A stretch of 63,736 nt of DNA, the filler included, from Chiloscyllium plagiosum (taxonomy: Eukaryota), in assembly GCF_004010195.1 (NCBI RefSeq). It is 3 parts of one record of this genome, joined end to end, with 100 filler letters (N's around TTAATTAATTAA, not from the genome) between each part and the next. Parts side by side here need not be neighbours in the genome. Positions count along the whole stretch, not along the records: positions 1 to 20,329 come from NC_057712.1; 2 more parts are not named here. The stretch is one strand, 5' to 3'. Positions 1-13,000 of the stretch are shown here, in pieces. The number at the start of each line of letters is the position of its first letter. Positions within the stretch are counted from its first letter, which is position 1. Position numbers and translations under genes: made by a program. Under the pieces are notes generated by a model. That model did not search any database, was not told the DNA's origin, and worked only from the letters and a program-made list of their open reading frames with translations.

Positions 1-342
1 AGGAAACATGTTTCTGCTGATGGGTGAGTGCCGAACCAGAGGACACAGCTTAAAAATAAGGGGTAGGCCATTTAGGACAGAGATGAGGAGAAACTTCTTC
101 ACCCAGAGAGTGGTGGCTCTGTGGAATGCTCTTCCCCAGAGGGCAGTGGAGGCCCAGTCTCTGGGTTCATTTAAGAAAGAGTTGGGTAGAGCTCTCAAGG
201 ATAGTGGAATCAAGGGTTATGGAGATAAGGCAGGAACAGGATACTGATTAAGGATGATCAGCCATGATCATATTGAAAGGTGGTGCAGGCTCGAAGGGCA
301 GAATGGCCTACTCCTGCACCTATTGTCTATTGTCTATTGTCT
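1..342 (+). mobile_element. CR1 LINE 3' end
   Basis: TRGHSLKIRG...RRNFFTQRVV.LWN.LP ORF2 C-terminus, with a (TATTGTC)n tail. Confidence 0.9.
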
Positions 343-548
343 AACTGTCAAAACTCACTGGAGCAATCTGCTGGAAATCAAATCCCACCATTCCGGGAGT
401 CACAAACGTTAAAAGTTAATGAAACTGACAGAAATCCCAGTTTGTCTCTGACTGACTGCTATCCAGAATTAAAGCAAACTACACCAGTTTCATTCAATTA
501 CCAACAACAATTAATCTGTTGCTTGGGGACTAACGACTTGTGAGTTTG

Positions 549-1893
549 CCATCAGGGGTGGGTAAGTTATTGGAGGGGATGCTGATACCCAGGATTTACA
601 TGTATTTGGAGATGCATGGACTGATTAGAGATAGTCAGTGAGTCTCACAAACTTGAATGCATTTTTTGAGGACTTAACCAAAAGGACTGATGGGAGCAGA
701 GTGTTGATGTTGTTTATGTGGACTTCAGTAAAGTTTTTGACAAGGTTCTGCCAGGTAGACTAATTAATAAAGTTAGATCACATGGGATTCTAAGTCAGCT
801 TGCCAATTGGATACAAAATTGGCTTGATGGTTGGAGACAGAAGGTGGTGGTGGAGGGTTATGTTTCAGACTAAAGGCCTGTGGCCAATGCTGTTCTGCAG
901 GGATCAGTACTGGGTCCACTTTTGTTTGTAATTTATATAACTGATTGGGATGAGAGTATGGGAGGCATGGCTAATAAGTTTGTGGATGACCCCAAAATTG
1001 GTGGTATAGTGATCAGTGAAGAATGTTATCTAAGATTATAAAAAGATCTTGATCAATTGGGCTGAGGAGTGGCAGATGGAATTTAATTTGAATAAATGTG
1101 AGATATTACATTTTGGTAAAACAAACAAGGGCAGGACTTATACAATTAACAATTAGATAGTGTTGCCAAACAGAGAGACTCAGGGCTTCAGGTACACTGT
1201 TCTTTGAAAGTTGCATTACAAGTAGACAAGGGTGGGTAAGAAGGCATTTAGCATGCTTGCCTTCATTGCTGAGGTCATTAAGTAGAAGAGTTGGGACATT
1301 ATGTTGAGGTTGTACAGAGCGTTGGTAAGGCCACTTTTGGAGTCTACAGTTCTAGTTGCCCTGCTATGGGAAGGATATTATTAAACTGAAGTGGGTTCAG
1401 AAAAGATTTACCAGGATTTACCAGGATCCTCATAACTCAAACTGGAGGGATTGAGTTATGAGGATAGGCTGGGACAGCTTTCACTGGAGTGTAGAAGGTT
1501 GAGGGGGTGACCTTATAGAGGTTTATAAAATCATAAGAGACATCGATAAGGTGAACAGCAAAGGTTATTTCCCTAGAGTGGTGAGTTCAAAACTAGGGTG
1601 CATATTTTTAAGGTGAGAGGAGAAAGATTTAAAAGGGACCTGAGGTTTAACTTATTCACACAGTGAGTGGTTTTGTGCTTGGAATGAACTGTCAGAGGAA
1701 ACGGTAGATACAGGTACAATTTAACAACATCTGAAATACATTTGGATATGTACATGAATAGGAAAGATTTAGAGGGATTATGGGCCAAATATTGTCAAGT
1801 GGAACTAATTTAGTTTGGAAAACTTGGTCGGCATGGGCGATTAGAACTGAAGGGTCTTTTTCTGTGCTGTATGACTCTATGACTCTATAACTA
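549..1893 (+). mobile_element. CR1 (HER1-like) LINE, degenerate RT and 3' end
   Basis: DFSKVFDKV, QGSVLGP and FVDD motifs with stops. Tail ATGACTCTATGACTCTAT. Confidence 0.88.
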
Positions 1894-2359
1894 TTGTAAT
1901 TCACTGAACTTTAACAAGAGCAGTACAATAAACTGATTTCGCTCTCTCTCTCTCACACAACATAAACACAAATATTACGAGTGGAGGGAAGACTATGAAA
2001 TCTAGTTGGGTTGGTTTTACAATCCTTTTGATTCTTTTGTGATGCCTTGACATTGTCTGCTCAGTATTAATCGGTCCACAGTTCACTTCTTGCTCTGTTG
2101 GATCCTGGGTCTTTCTTGTTGACTTTGGGTTTTACGCTTATTTCTTTCAGTGTCTGTGATGTAGCTTCTCTGCTCTCTTGACCGAAAATTGGAGAGAACA
2201 ACTTTGCAGAGAATGGAGAGAGAGATTGATGGCAGTTAGGGTCTGGAGGTCTCCTTGCTTGCTTCTGCTTCAATCCCCTAAGAGGGGCTATGCTAATCAA
2301 CAGCCTTAGCAACTGGAGGCCTGTTGTTCCGCTGAGCTCTCCTGAATCCATAAAAATAT

Positions 2360-3683
2360 TAAGACCATAAGTCCATAAGATATAGGAGTGGAAGTAAGGC
2401 CATTTGGCCCATCGAGTCCACTTCGCCATTCAATCATGGCTGATGGGCATTTCAACTCCACTTACCCCCATTCTCCCCGTAGCCCTTAATTCCTTGTGAC
2501 ATCAAGAATTTATCAATCTCTGGCTTGAAGACATTTAGCGTCCCGGCCTCCACTGCACTCCATGGCAATGAATTCCACAGGGCCACCACTCTCTGGCTGA
2601 AGAAATGTCTCTGCGTTTCTGTTCTGAATTGACCCCCTCTAATTCTAAGGCTGTGCCCATGGGTCCTAGTCTCCTCACCTAATGGAAACAATTTCTTNNN
2701 NNNNNNNNNNNNNNNNNNNNNNNNNNNNNNNNNNNNNNNNNNNNNNNNNNNNNNNNNNNNNNNNNNNNNNNNNNNNNNNNNNNNNNNNNNNNNNNNNNNN
2801 NNNNNNNNNNNNNNNNNNNNNNNNNNNNNNNNNNNNNNNNNNNTGTACTTTGGCTTTATGAATTTTCTCACCATTTAGAAAGTAGCCCATGTGTGTATTC
2901 TTTTTTCCAAAGTGCAAGACTTCGCATTTGCTCACATTGAATTCCATCAGCCATTTCCTGGACCACTCTCCCAAACTGTCTAGATCCTTCTGCAGCCTCC
3001 CCACTTCCTCAGTATTACCTGCCTGTCCACCTAACTTTGTATCATTGGCAAACTTCGCTAGAATGCCCCCAGTCCCTTCATCCAGATCATTAATATATGA
3101 CGTGAACAGCTGAGGCCCCAACACTGAACCCTGTGGGACACCGCTTGTCACTGGCTCCCATTCTGAAAAAATAAATTTTTATCCCAACTCTCTGCTTCTG
3201 TAAGACAGCCAATCCTCAATCCATGCCAGTAGCTCACCTTGAACACCATGGGCCCTCACCTTACTCAGCAACCTCCCGCGTGGCACCTTATCAAAGGCCT
3301 TTTGGAAGTCTAGATTGACCACATCCACTGGGCTTCCCTGGTCTAACCTACTTGTCACCTCTTCAAAAAATTCCAACAGGTTTGTCAGGCACGACCTCCC
3401 CTTACTCAATCCATGTTGACTTGTACTAATCTGACCCTGCTCTTCTAAGAATTTAGAAACCTCATCCTTAACGATGGATTCTAGAATTTTACCAACAACC
3501 GAGGTTAGGCTAATTGGCCTATAATCTTCCATCTTTTGTCTTGATCCTTTCATGAACAATGGGGTTACAACAGCGATCTGCCAATCATCCGGGACTTTCC
3601 CTGACTCCAGTGACTTTTGAAAGATCTCAACCAATGCCTCCGCTATTTCCTCAGCCATCTCCCTCAGAACTCTAGGATATAGC
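2360..3683 (-). mobile_element. CR1 LINE 3' part, relatively young (contains an N gap at 2698-2843)
   Basis: YRPISLTSVVGK, DFQKAFDKV, SGVPQGSVLGP and FFSQRVV.LWN motifs, with a short tandem tail at ~2360-2380. Confidence 0.92.
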
Positions 3684-3849
3684 ACTAGATGGTGCCAATT
3701 TGACTGCAATCTGTGTTCCTAGAAAGTAACATTGTTTTGTATGCACCAGTTAGCTTCACATACTTTCCAAAGCTGCAAACAATTCCTTGTAACTTCTGCA
3801 CTTTCTTAAAGTAGTGTTTATTTTTCACATTGTTAGTCCATTGTCCAAA

Positions 3850-4120
3850 TGAGAGGGGAAAGATATAAAAGAGAACTAAGGGGCAAGTTTTTTTCACTCA
3901 GAGGGTGGTACGTGTATGGAATGAGCTGCCAGAGGATGTGGTGGAGGCTAGTACAATTGACACATTTAAAAGACATCTGGATGGGTATATGAATAGGAAT
4001 GGTTTGGCGGGATATGAGTTGGGTGCTGGCAGGTGGGACTAGATTGGGTTGGGATATCTGGTTGGCATGGACGAGTTGGACGAAAGGGTCTGTTTCCGTG
4101 CTGTACACCTCTATGACTCT
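3850..4120 (+). mobile_element. CR1 (HER1-like) 3' fragment
   Basis: cagagggtggtacgtgtatggaatgagctgcc...ctctatgactct. Confidence 0.85.
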
Positions 4121-6560
4121 TACATTCATTCCAAAGGGTTTAACTTTCAGTGACACTCTCAGCAGGGATGTTGGCAGCATGCGGGGAACCTGCAGGTTTT
4201 ACCAACACATTTATCTGTAACTTTTAACCCAGTTACTTCATTTACACCCGACCTCCCGATTTCCCATCTAGTTAAAGTAAGCAGGCATAATGTCAATTTT
4301 CATCAGTTTATTGCAATTCCAATATTTAAGAAATGACCTTGCAAGTGTCAGAATTGATTCATTATTGAAGAGCTGTGACAACAGAAACAACAATGCATTA
4401 TACCTTTAACACAATGAAACATCCTATGATGCTTCACAAGAGCATTATGAAATAAATTATGATGATGAGCCATATAAAGAGATGGCAAAACAATTGTATC
4501 TTAAAGGAAGAAAGTGAGGTAGGGAGGTGAAGAGGTGTAAACTGGATATTCTAGATCATGGTCAATTAAGAGGCCATAAATATTTTGGAAAGTTGCATTA
4601 TACAAGACAGGACCAGGGGCTCCAGCGTTTGCTCCTAGCCCAGGCCCCCTAGCTCTGTGCTCAACCTGTGTACAACAGACCCTGAACACAGTGACCCTGA
4701 CCTGTGTCCTGAGCAGAGCAGGACATCCCCTGAGCCTCTAGCCATGGTTATAGCACCCTGATGTGCCCTTCTGTCATGGGTTTAATACAAGCTAATAGTT
4801 CTGAAGGAGTTTATGTTGGAAACTGAATTAAAATCCAGTAAATCGAGGATGTCTTAAGGAGTTAGGTATGGGAAAGGCAGAACACCTTTGGGTTTTGTGA
4901 AATGCTAATACATATCTGTAGATCTTCTCATAGTCTTAGCAACAATGCTTAACTGACTAAGGAAACTATCATGCAGTAAACAACATCTTTTCCATATAGG
5001 CCCTTAGATACAGTCCAGGGAAGAGGGTGAAATCACTAAACTTCACCACCATGGAACAAACACAGAAAATGCTGGAGAAATTAGCAGGTCTGGCAGCATC
5101 TGTGGAGAGAGAAACAGAGTTGAATTTTGAGCCTAATATGTCTGCCAACATGAAGTGCGTTAATAGGCACAACATCTCCACAAAGTATTGAAAAAAACTT
5201 TCCCCATTTTTCTCTTAAGAGTCAAAGAATAAAACATTAGAAACTTAGCTACTAGTAAACAGATGAGTAATTCTTATTGGCAATTATACAAGAAATATAT
5301 CCACAAACTGCCTTGAGTGGCCTTTGAGCTTCGAACTCAGAGGACATTGATGAGGATGGGAGCATGTCTCCTGATCTAGGAGCAACACCATGTGTTCATG
5401 ATGGGAAAAGCAAAACAAAGAATCTATAGTCGTATAATGATAATCACTTGACTGAGCATGAGGTATTTATTTCAAAGAATCATTGTTTGTACCCATTATT
5501 AACTGCCACCCACCAAGTGGCTTTCAGCCTTGAGTGAAATGGTGTGTAAAGAGTTAAAGAAGAGCAATGGATCTCTGTGAGATGGACTGCCTTGTACTAG
5601 GGGCTGGGGTTGTGACCCAGCTGTGTCTCAGCTGGCTGCATGGTCTCAGACCAGCTTAAGCAGGACTGAAACAATCTGTGTGAGGCATCTCTGGTACCAA
5701 GTGGGTGGCTGTCAGCGACCTTGTCCCACCAGACGTCTTCTCCTCTGGAGATGTGTGAGCTGTCATCACCTTCATCTAACCTCCAGGTTTGACTGGCCTC
5801 ATGAGTCATAAAATGTACACAATTGTTTCACTTGGCAAACATGGAATTGCTAAGCTGGTAGATGCACTTTGAGGATCAATAAGCATCACCAGCAGATCCT
5901 GGCAGGAGCCAAAGGCGAAAGAGCGAAGGTGACCTTGATCACTGATGGCAATGTCTGGTCATCTGATTCATTTTAAAGGTGGCCTTCATTTAGGAGGCTG
6001 CGATTGTCAGGAACTACCTGAGGGGGAGCTCTGAGCCTCCTGAGATCCTAGCGCTCAGTCAATGTTCAGCAAGCTAATCCTCGGCCTATAAACTTCATAC
6101 AGGGGACATTGCCTCCTGTGGAATGGAGCTTTCTGTTCATCTCCTCTGGCCTATGGAGGTACAGGCAGCTAAAGGGAAGATGAACCTGCTTCGGTTGGCA
6201 TTGTTGTATTCACAATGCAGTCATACAAAGCTACAGGCCAAGTGCTGGAAAATGGGATTAGGATACTGGAAAATGGGATTCAGATAGTGCATTTGTTTTG
6301 ACTGCCGCAGACTCATTGGGCCCAAGGGCTTTTTTCTGTGCTGTAGACCTCTATTACTCCGTGCAGCTGCTGTCTCTGGTTCTTCATACTGGATTGCCAA
6401 GATAGAGTTGAGTAATTTTCTTCTGTGGCTGGCAGCAGGGATGTGCAAATAAATGGCAGAAAACTCCCTGGTACCAGAAATGACTGGCGAAGTCTGAGAA
6501 TTTGCTAGCAAAGCAAAGTGAGCCCACTCTCAGAACAAGCCCAGACTTCTCGGACAATAG

Positions 6561-6826
6561 AGGTAAAAACAATGACTGCAGATGCTGGAAACCAGATTCT
6601 GGATCAGTGGTGCTGGAAGAGCACAGCAATTCAGGCAGCATCCGAGGACAGGCAAAATCGACGTTTCGGGCAAAAGCCCTTCATCAGGAATAAAGGCAGA
6701 GAGCCTGAAGCGTGGAGAGGCTCTCTGCCTTTATTCCTGATGAAGGGCTTTTGCCCGAAACGTCGATTTTGCCTGTCCTCGGATGCTGCCTGAATTGCTG
6801 TGCTCTTCCAGCACCACTGATCCAGA
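6561..6826. mobile_element. Penelope-like (PLE) derived palindromic insertion with hammerhead motifs
   Basis: Perfect 109-bp inverted arms (6598-6706 and 6718-6826) with an 11-nt loop. TSD TTCTCGGACAATAG at 6547-6560 and 6827-6840. Confidence 0.9.
6737..6764 (+). ncRNA. Minimal type I hammerhead ribozyme-like core (mirror copy on minus strand at 6660-6687)
   Basis: CTGATGA-A-GGGC-TTTT-GCCC-GAAAC-GTC: conserved core boxes, 4-bp stem II, palindromic ACGT minimal stem III and a GUC triplet. Stem I is weak (ATTC/GATT). Confidence 0.65.
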
Positions 6827-7664
6827 TTCTCGGACAATAGGTTGGCTTTTCTCATTTGTTAGCACCAAGATGTGACTTATGCATTTGAACAGTTTGCACA
6901 AAGTGTCACTGACTCTGCATTGACCAAGTTTATCAACTGCGCTTTGAATCAGCACTGTGCAGGCAATAAGGAGACCAGAAAAGTTGCACACCTTCCCATT
7001 GTGAGAGCCTCTGGTTTCAACAATGTCTGCTCATGGGGCACTGTAGAGCTAACTTGTTCAGCTATAGAATCTTAGATCACAGGTGGAGGCCATTCTGCCT
7101 GTTGTGTCTCTGCCAGCACTTTGGTACAGATCGAATTGATTACACTCATTGCTTTTTCCCTCAGCCCTGCAAACATTTTTTATCCAATTCTTTTCTGAAA
7201 GTTAACACTGAATCTGCTACCACCACATGGTCAGGCAGCACATTCCAGATCATAACGCTCACTGAATAAAATGACACTGTCACAGGTTCTCCCTTAAATC
7301 CATGACTTCACGGTTACTGATCTTCTTGCCAGTCGCAGCAATTTCTCCTTGTCTTCTATCAATGTTTCTCTCATTTTGAACACCATTTCTGGATTGGATC
7401 CTGATGCCACTGGCATTTCAATGTAGTAAATGGTATCCACTGAGGAGAAAGGTGGATCAGCTCATACCTAAAAGTCCACACAATCTCCTCCATTCTCACC
7501 AAAGCTGATTTCATTAAGTGTGTACTGAGAAGGGTAATTTTAATTTCAGTTTCAGTTCATTTAATTTTAGCCACCTTAGTTTCTGCTAAAGCTAATAATT
7601 ATTCTAAACAGGTCAGTTTTAAAACATAATGAGAGTCAGATTTATCTCATTGGAGACATGTTTA

Positions 7665-7766
7665 GTTTTTAATCAGTTATTACACACCTCTGAAACAGGC
7701 AAGACTTGAACTCAGGTTTTTGAACTCAGAAGCGTGGACACCACCACTGTACCACAAGAGCCCTAA
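7665..7766 (-). mobile_element. Short tRNA-derived SINE head (related copies at ~28845-28912 and ~44078-44187)
   Basis: Minus strand gggctcttgtggtacagtgg...gagttcaagtc...gaggtgtgtaataa. Confidence 0.6.
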
Positions 7767-8137
7767 ACTATCAATGAGTTTTGTGGAAAGCTGAGATTGA
7801 GCTAATGTTCTCTTAATCCTTCAGTCTAATTCTCTCCCAACTGAACTATTTCAGATAATTCTTTGTCATACACATACTGCTGAGCAAATTTGCATCAGGC
7901 CACAGGATGAAGATTGGAGCTGACTGGATCCTGGTTCAAGCTGAATCTAGACAAAAATTAATTAGTTCTTAAACTGAATTACTGCAGGGAAATCTAGGTA
8001 AGTCCATCAGAGGGAAAGGATTTGCTGTTTGGGTTACAACCAAAACTTGTGATTATGTATTGCCTTTGATGGAATAAAGTGACCCACGGGGCTTCACAGG
8101 AGCATTGTCAAACAAAGCTTGACCCTGCACTTCACTA

Positions 8138-9190
8138 GACCATAAGAAATTGGAACAGGAGTAGGCCTTTTGGCACCTCAAGCCTGTTCTGCTATTCAAT
8201 AGGATCATGCTAATCCGACAGTCCTCACAAACACTTTCCTGCCTTTTCCCACTGATTCCCTTACTGACCAAGAATCTATCTATGGTCCTGAAGAAGGGTT
8301 AATACCTGAAACATTGACTTCTCCACCTCTTAATGCTGCCTGGCTTGCTGTGTTCTTCCAGGCTCCTGTTTGCTACTTTTTTTTGTCTCTAGCCAAGAAT
8401 CTGCCTATCTCAACTTCAAATATACACAAGTACTCTGCCCCCCATAGCTATTTGAGGCAAGGAGTTACAAAGACTCTTAACCCTCTGATGAAGAAATCCT
8501 CCTCATATCAGTCTTAAATTGGCACCCTTTACACTGAGACTATGCTGTCTGGTACTAGATTCTCCAATGAGGGGAAACATCCTCTCAACATTTACCCTGT
8601 CAAGCCCCTTAAAAATCCTACATGCTTCAATCAGATCACCTCTTCTTCCTCTGAACTCCAGTGAGTAGTGTCCTAACCTGGTGAACTTTCTCTGAACTGC
8701 CTCTGATGAAATGATATATTTCCTTAAATAAGGGGACCAAAACTGCTCATAGCACTCCAGCTGTGATCTCACCAGCACCTTGAACAGTAAGACTTCCCTA
8801 CTCTTATATTCCTCCCCCCTTTAAAGAAGGGCCAACATTCCATGAGCCTTCCTGATTACCTGCTGCACCTGTGAGTGAGTTTTTTGTGTTTCATGCACAA
8901 GTATCCCCAAGCCGCTTTGTGTTGTAGCTTTCTCCATTTAAGTCAGATTCTTCTTTTGTTCTCCCTTCCAAAATGAACAACTTCACATTTTCCCACATGG
9001 TACTCCATTTGTCAACTGTTTACCCACTTACCTAACCTATCACTTAACCTATCTCTGTAAACTCTGTCCCGCTTGAAACTTGCAATTCCACCTATTTTTG
9101 TGTGGTCTGCAAATTTGGCTATGGTACATAGACTTCCTTCTTCTAATTCATGAATATATATCGTAAACAGTTGCAGTCCCAGTACTGATC
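8138..9190 (-). mobile_element. Degenerate CR1 LINE 3' part
   Basis: LVRSQLECYEQFWSP, RGDLIE, KFADHTKIGG and GSVLG motifs. Confidence 0.82.
8284..8392 (+). mobile_element. Older PLE-derived short insertion with decayed hammerhead core
   Basis: cctgaagaagggttaatacctgaaacattg...atgctgcctggcttgctgtgttcttccag. Imperfect TSD ccaagaatctatctat (8268) / ccaagaatctgcctat (8393). Confidence 0.65.
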
Positions 9191-10089
9191 CAGATTTACA
9201 GGTCAAAAGGAATAGACATAGATGAACAGTAGAGGAGGAACAGGCAGAGATAAACAGGCAGAGGAACATACAACACAGAAGCAGAAATAGAAACCCTATG
9301 GCAATTGGAAGGCCCTTTAGCACATCATGAATGTACCCACGAAAGGAGCTATCCAGCCTAATGCCACTTTCCACCTCTTGGCCTGTGACACAATGCTACA
9401 GGTTACGGAACTTATACAAATTTTTCAGATGTGATGATTATACTCCTATTTTTGGCAGTGCATTTCAAACCTCACCACCTCTGGTGAAAACATTTTTCCA
9501 CTACTTCCTGATTTCTTAAAACAGTTATTTAAAATCTATGAATCCCTGTAATTGTCCTCTCTGTAAATGGAAATAAATCCTCCCAATCCATTCTTTCCAG
9601 ACTTTTGTGCATCGCTATTTAATCTCCCCTCGGCCACTGCTGTTCCAGTGAAATCAACCCCAGCCTACCAATCTATCCTGTTGGTTGGAACCTTCCATTC
9701 CTCTCCTTTGTACTTGCTCGAGTGAGGTTACATGTTTCCTGTAAGGTAATAACCGGACCTGTATAAATATTACAGCTGGTACTAGCTGGTGGTACTAGTA
9801 CAGTTGTCAACTAGCCAGTGTTTTATACAACTCTAGCATAATCCTCCATTAATTTACCTCAGTCAATGAAGGAAAGTATTCTGTCTGCCTCCCTAAAAAT
9901 CCTATCTACCTGTCTAGCCTTACCTGGGGGGTCTGTAGATATTCACTGTAAGGTCCCTCTGTTCCTTTACACTTCTCAGCATCTTACCATTTATTGTTGG
10001 CTACTTGGGCATCACAGACTAACATCCATATTCTGCCAACTTACTTTATTACTATAATATGGCCTAGAACATGACAGTCAGCAGATGTT

Positions 10090-13000
10090 CATTGTTTGTA
10101 AATCTGCAATTGTGAATAGAGTGTTTTTTTTTGATTATATGTTTTATTGAGATCTGTCTCTTGATTAAATTTAAAAATATAAAACATAGGTACTAAGCTC
10201 TAACAAGTAAGCAGTGTTTGTTTAGAGCAGTAAGACTGTGCTATTTTCTGGGTCTGTAGATTGTTGAGGTGCAAAGATGGCCTATAATATAGTGATGTGC
10301 TCATTCTGTACTATGTGGAAGATTAGGGAGGATTTCCATGTTACTAATGATTATGTCTGAAGGAAGTGTGTTATGGTTGCGAATCCTGTCAAATTGCATG
10401 GATTGGTTGAAGCAGCAGTTAGAGGCAACAGGAATTTACAGGAGTTACAGGGTATAACAGATGACAGTTATAGGATGGGAGAAAAACTACAGATACAGTC
10501 AGGTAGGAGAAAGTGAGGACTGCAGATGCTGGAGATCAGAGTTGAGAGTGTAGTGCTGGAAAAGCACAGCAGGTCACGCAGCATCCAAGGACCAGGAGAA
10601 TTGATGTTTCAGGCAGAGGCCTTTCATCAGGAATGAAGCTTGTGGCTCGGGGCTGAGAGATAAATGGGAGGGAGTTAGGTTTGGGGGAAGGTAGCTGAGA
10701 AAGCGATAGGTGGATAAAGGTGAAGGAGATGGTAATAGCTCAGAGGGAGGAGTGATGGACAGTCTGGAGGGCAGTGCTGAATTGGAGGCTTGGGACTGGG
10801 ATAATGTGGGGGGAGGGGAAATGAGGAAGCTGTTGAAATCCACATTTATCCCATGTGGTTGCAGGGTTCCAAGGCGGAATACGAGGCATTGCTCTTCCAG
10901 GTGTCGGGTGGTAACGGGTTACAGTCAGGTAGATGTGTTACCTCCAGGAAAGGTAAGTGAGGAAAGAGATCAGTCAGAGAATGGTACAGTTGGGAAAAAC
11001 AGCAAGTCAAACAGTCAGAATAGGTAGGAACAAAGCAGAGAATGAGGTAGGACTGATAAATTAAACTGCATTTATTTCAATGCAAGAGGTCTAACAAATA
11101 AGGGAGATGAACTCAGGACATGGTTAGGGATATAGGACTAGGACATAAGAGCAATTACTGACACATGGCTCAGGGATGGACAGGACTGGCAGCTTAACGT
11201 TCCAGGATATAGATGCTATAGGAAGGATAGAAAGAGGTGCAAGAGAGAAGGGGAGTGGTGTTTTCGATTAGGGATAACATTACCGCTGTACTTAGGGAGG
11301 ATATTCCTGGGAATATGTCCAGGGAAATTATTTGGGTGGAACTGAGAAATAAGTAAGGGATGATCACCTGTTTGGGATTGTACTATAGACTCCCCAATAG
11401 TCAGTGAGAAACCGAGAAACAAAATTTTGAGGAAATATCAGTTATCTGTAAGAATAATAGGGTGGTATGGGATTTTAACTTTCTAAACAGGAACTGGGAC
11501 TGCCATAGTGTTAAGGGCTTGGATAGAGAAGAATTTGTTAAGTGTGAACAAGAAAATGTTCTGATTCATTATGTGGATATACCTACCAGCGAAGATGAAA
11601 AACTTGACCCACTCTTGGAAAATAAGGCAGGGCAGGTAACTGAGGTGTCAGTGGGGTGCACTTTGGAGTCAGCAACCATAATTCTATTAGTTTAATTTGA
11701 TAGTAAAGGATAGACTGGATCTAAAAGTCGAAGTTCTAAATTGATGGTATTAGGCAAAAACTTTCAAAGGTTGTTTGGGGGTGGATATTCGCAGGTAAAG
11801 GGATGGCTGGAAAATGGAAAGCCTTCAAAACTGAGACAATGAAAGCCCATAGACAGTATGTTCCTGTTAAGCTGGAGGACAAGGCTGGTAGGTGTAGGGA
11901 ATGTTGGATGACGAGAGAAATTGAGGTTTTGGTCAATAAAAAGAAGGAAGCATATGTCAAATGTAGACAGCAGAGGTTCAATGAACCTTTAGAAGAGTAT
12001 AAACACAGTAGGAATAGACTTAGGAGGGAAATCAGGAAAGCAAAAAGGAGACATGAGGTAACTTTGGCAAATAGGGTTAAGGAGGATCCAAAGGGATTCT
12101 ATAAATACAAAAGGGTAACTAGGGAGAGAAGAGGACCCCTCAAAGATCAGCAAGTGGAAGAAAATGAGGATTTTTCATCATTGTTAATTGTGGAGAAGGA
12201 TAAGGAAGATATAGAATGTGGGGAAATAAATACTAACATCTTGAAAATGTCCGTATTATAGGAAGAGGTGTTTTACATCTTAAAATGCATTAAAATGGAT
12301 AACTCCCCCGGACCTGATCATGTATAGCCTAGAACTCGGTGGAAAGCTAGAGAACTGATTGCTGGACCAATTTCTGAGATATTTGTGTCATCGATAGTCA
12401 CAGGTGAGGTGCCGGGAGACTGGAGGTTGGCTAACGTGGTGCCACTGTTTAAGAATGAGGATAAGGAAAAGCCAGGGAACTATAGACTGGTGAGTCTGAC
12501 ATCAGTGGTGGGCAAGTTGTTTGACGGAATCCTGAAAGACAGGATTTACATGTATTTGGAAAGGCAAGGACTGATTAGGAATAATCAACATGGCTTTGTG
12601 CGAGGGAATTTGTGTCTCACAAACTTGATTGAGTTTTTTGAAGAAATAACAAAGAGTATTGATGAGGGCAATGCAGTGGACATGATCTATATGGACTTCA
12701 GTAAGGCATTCAATGAGGTTCCTCATGGGAGACCAGTTAGCAAGATCATTTCGCATGGAATAGAGGGAAAACTAGCCATTTGGATACAGAACTGGCTCAA
12801 AGGGAGAAGACAGAGGGTGGTAGTGGAGGGTTTCCTTTCAGACTGGAGGCCTGTGACCAGTGTGTGCCACAAGGATTAGGTGCTGGGTCCACTGCTTTTC
12901 GTTATTCATATAACTGATTTGGATGTGAACATAGGACGTATGGTTAGTAAGTTTTCAGATGACACCAAAAGAGAAGGTGTAGTGGACAGTGAAGGTTATC

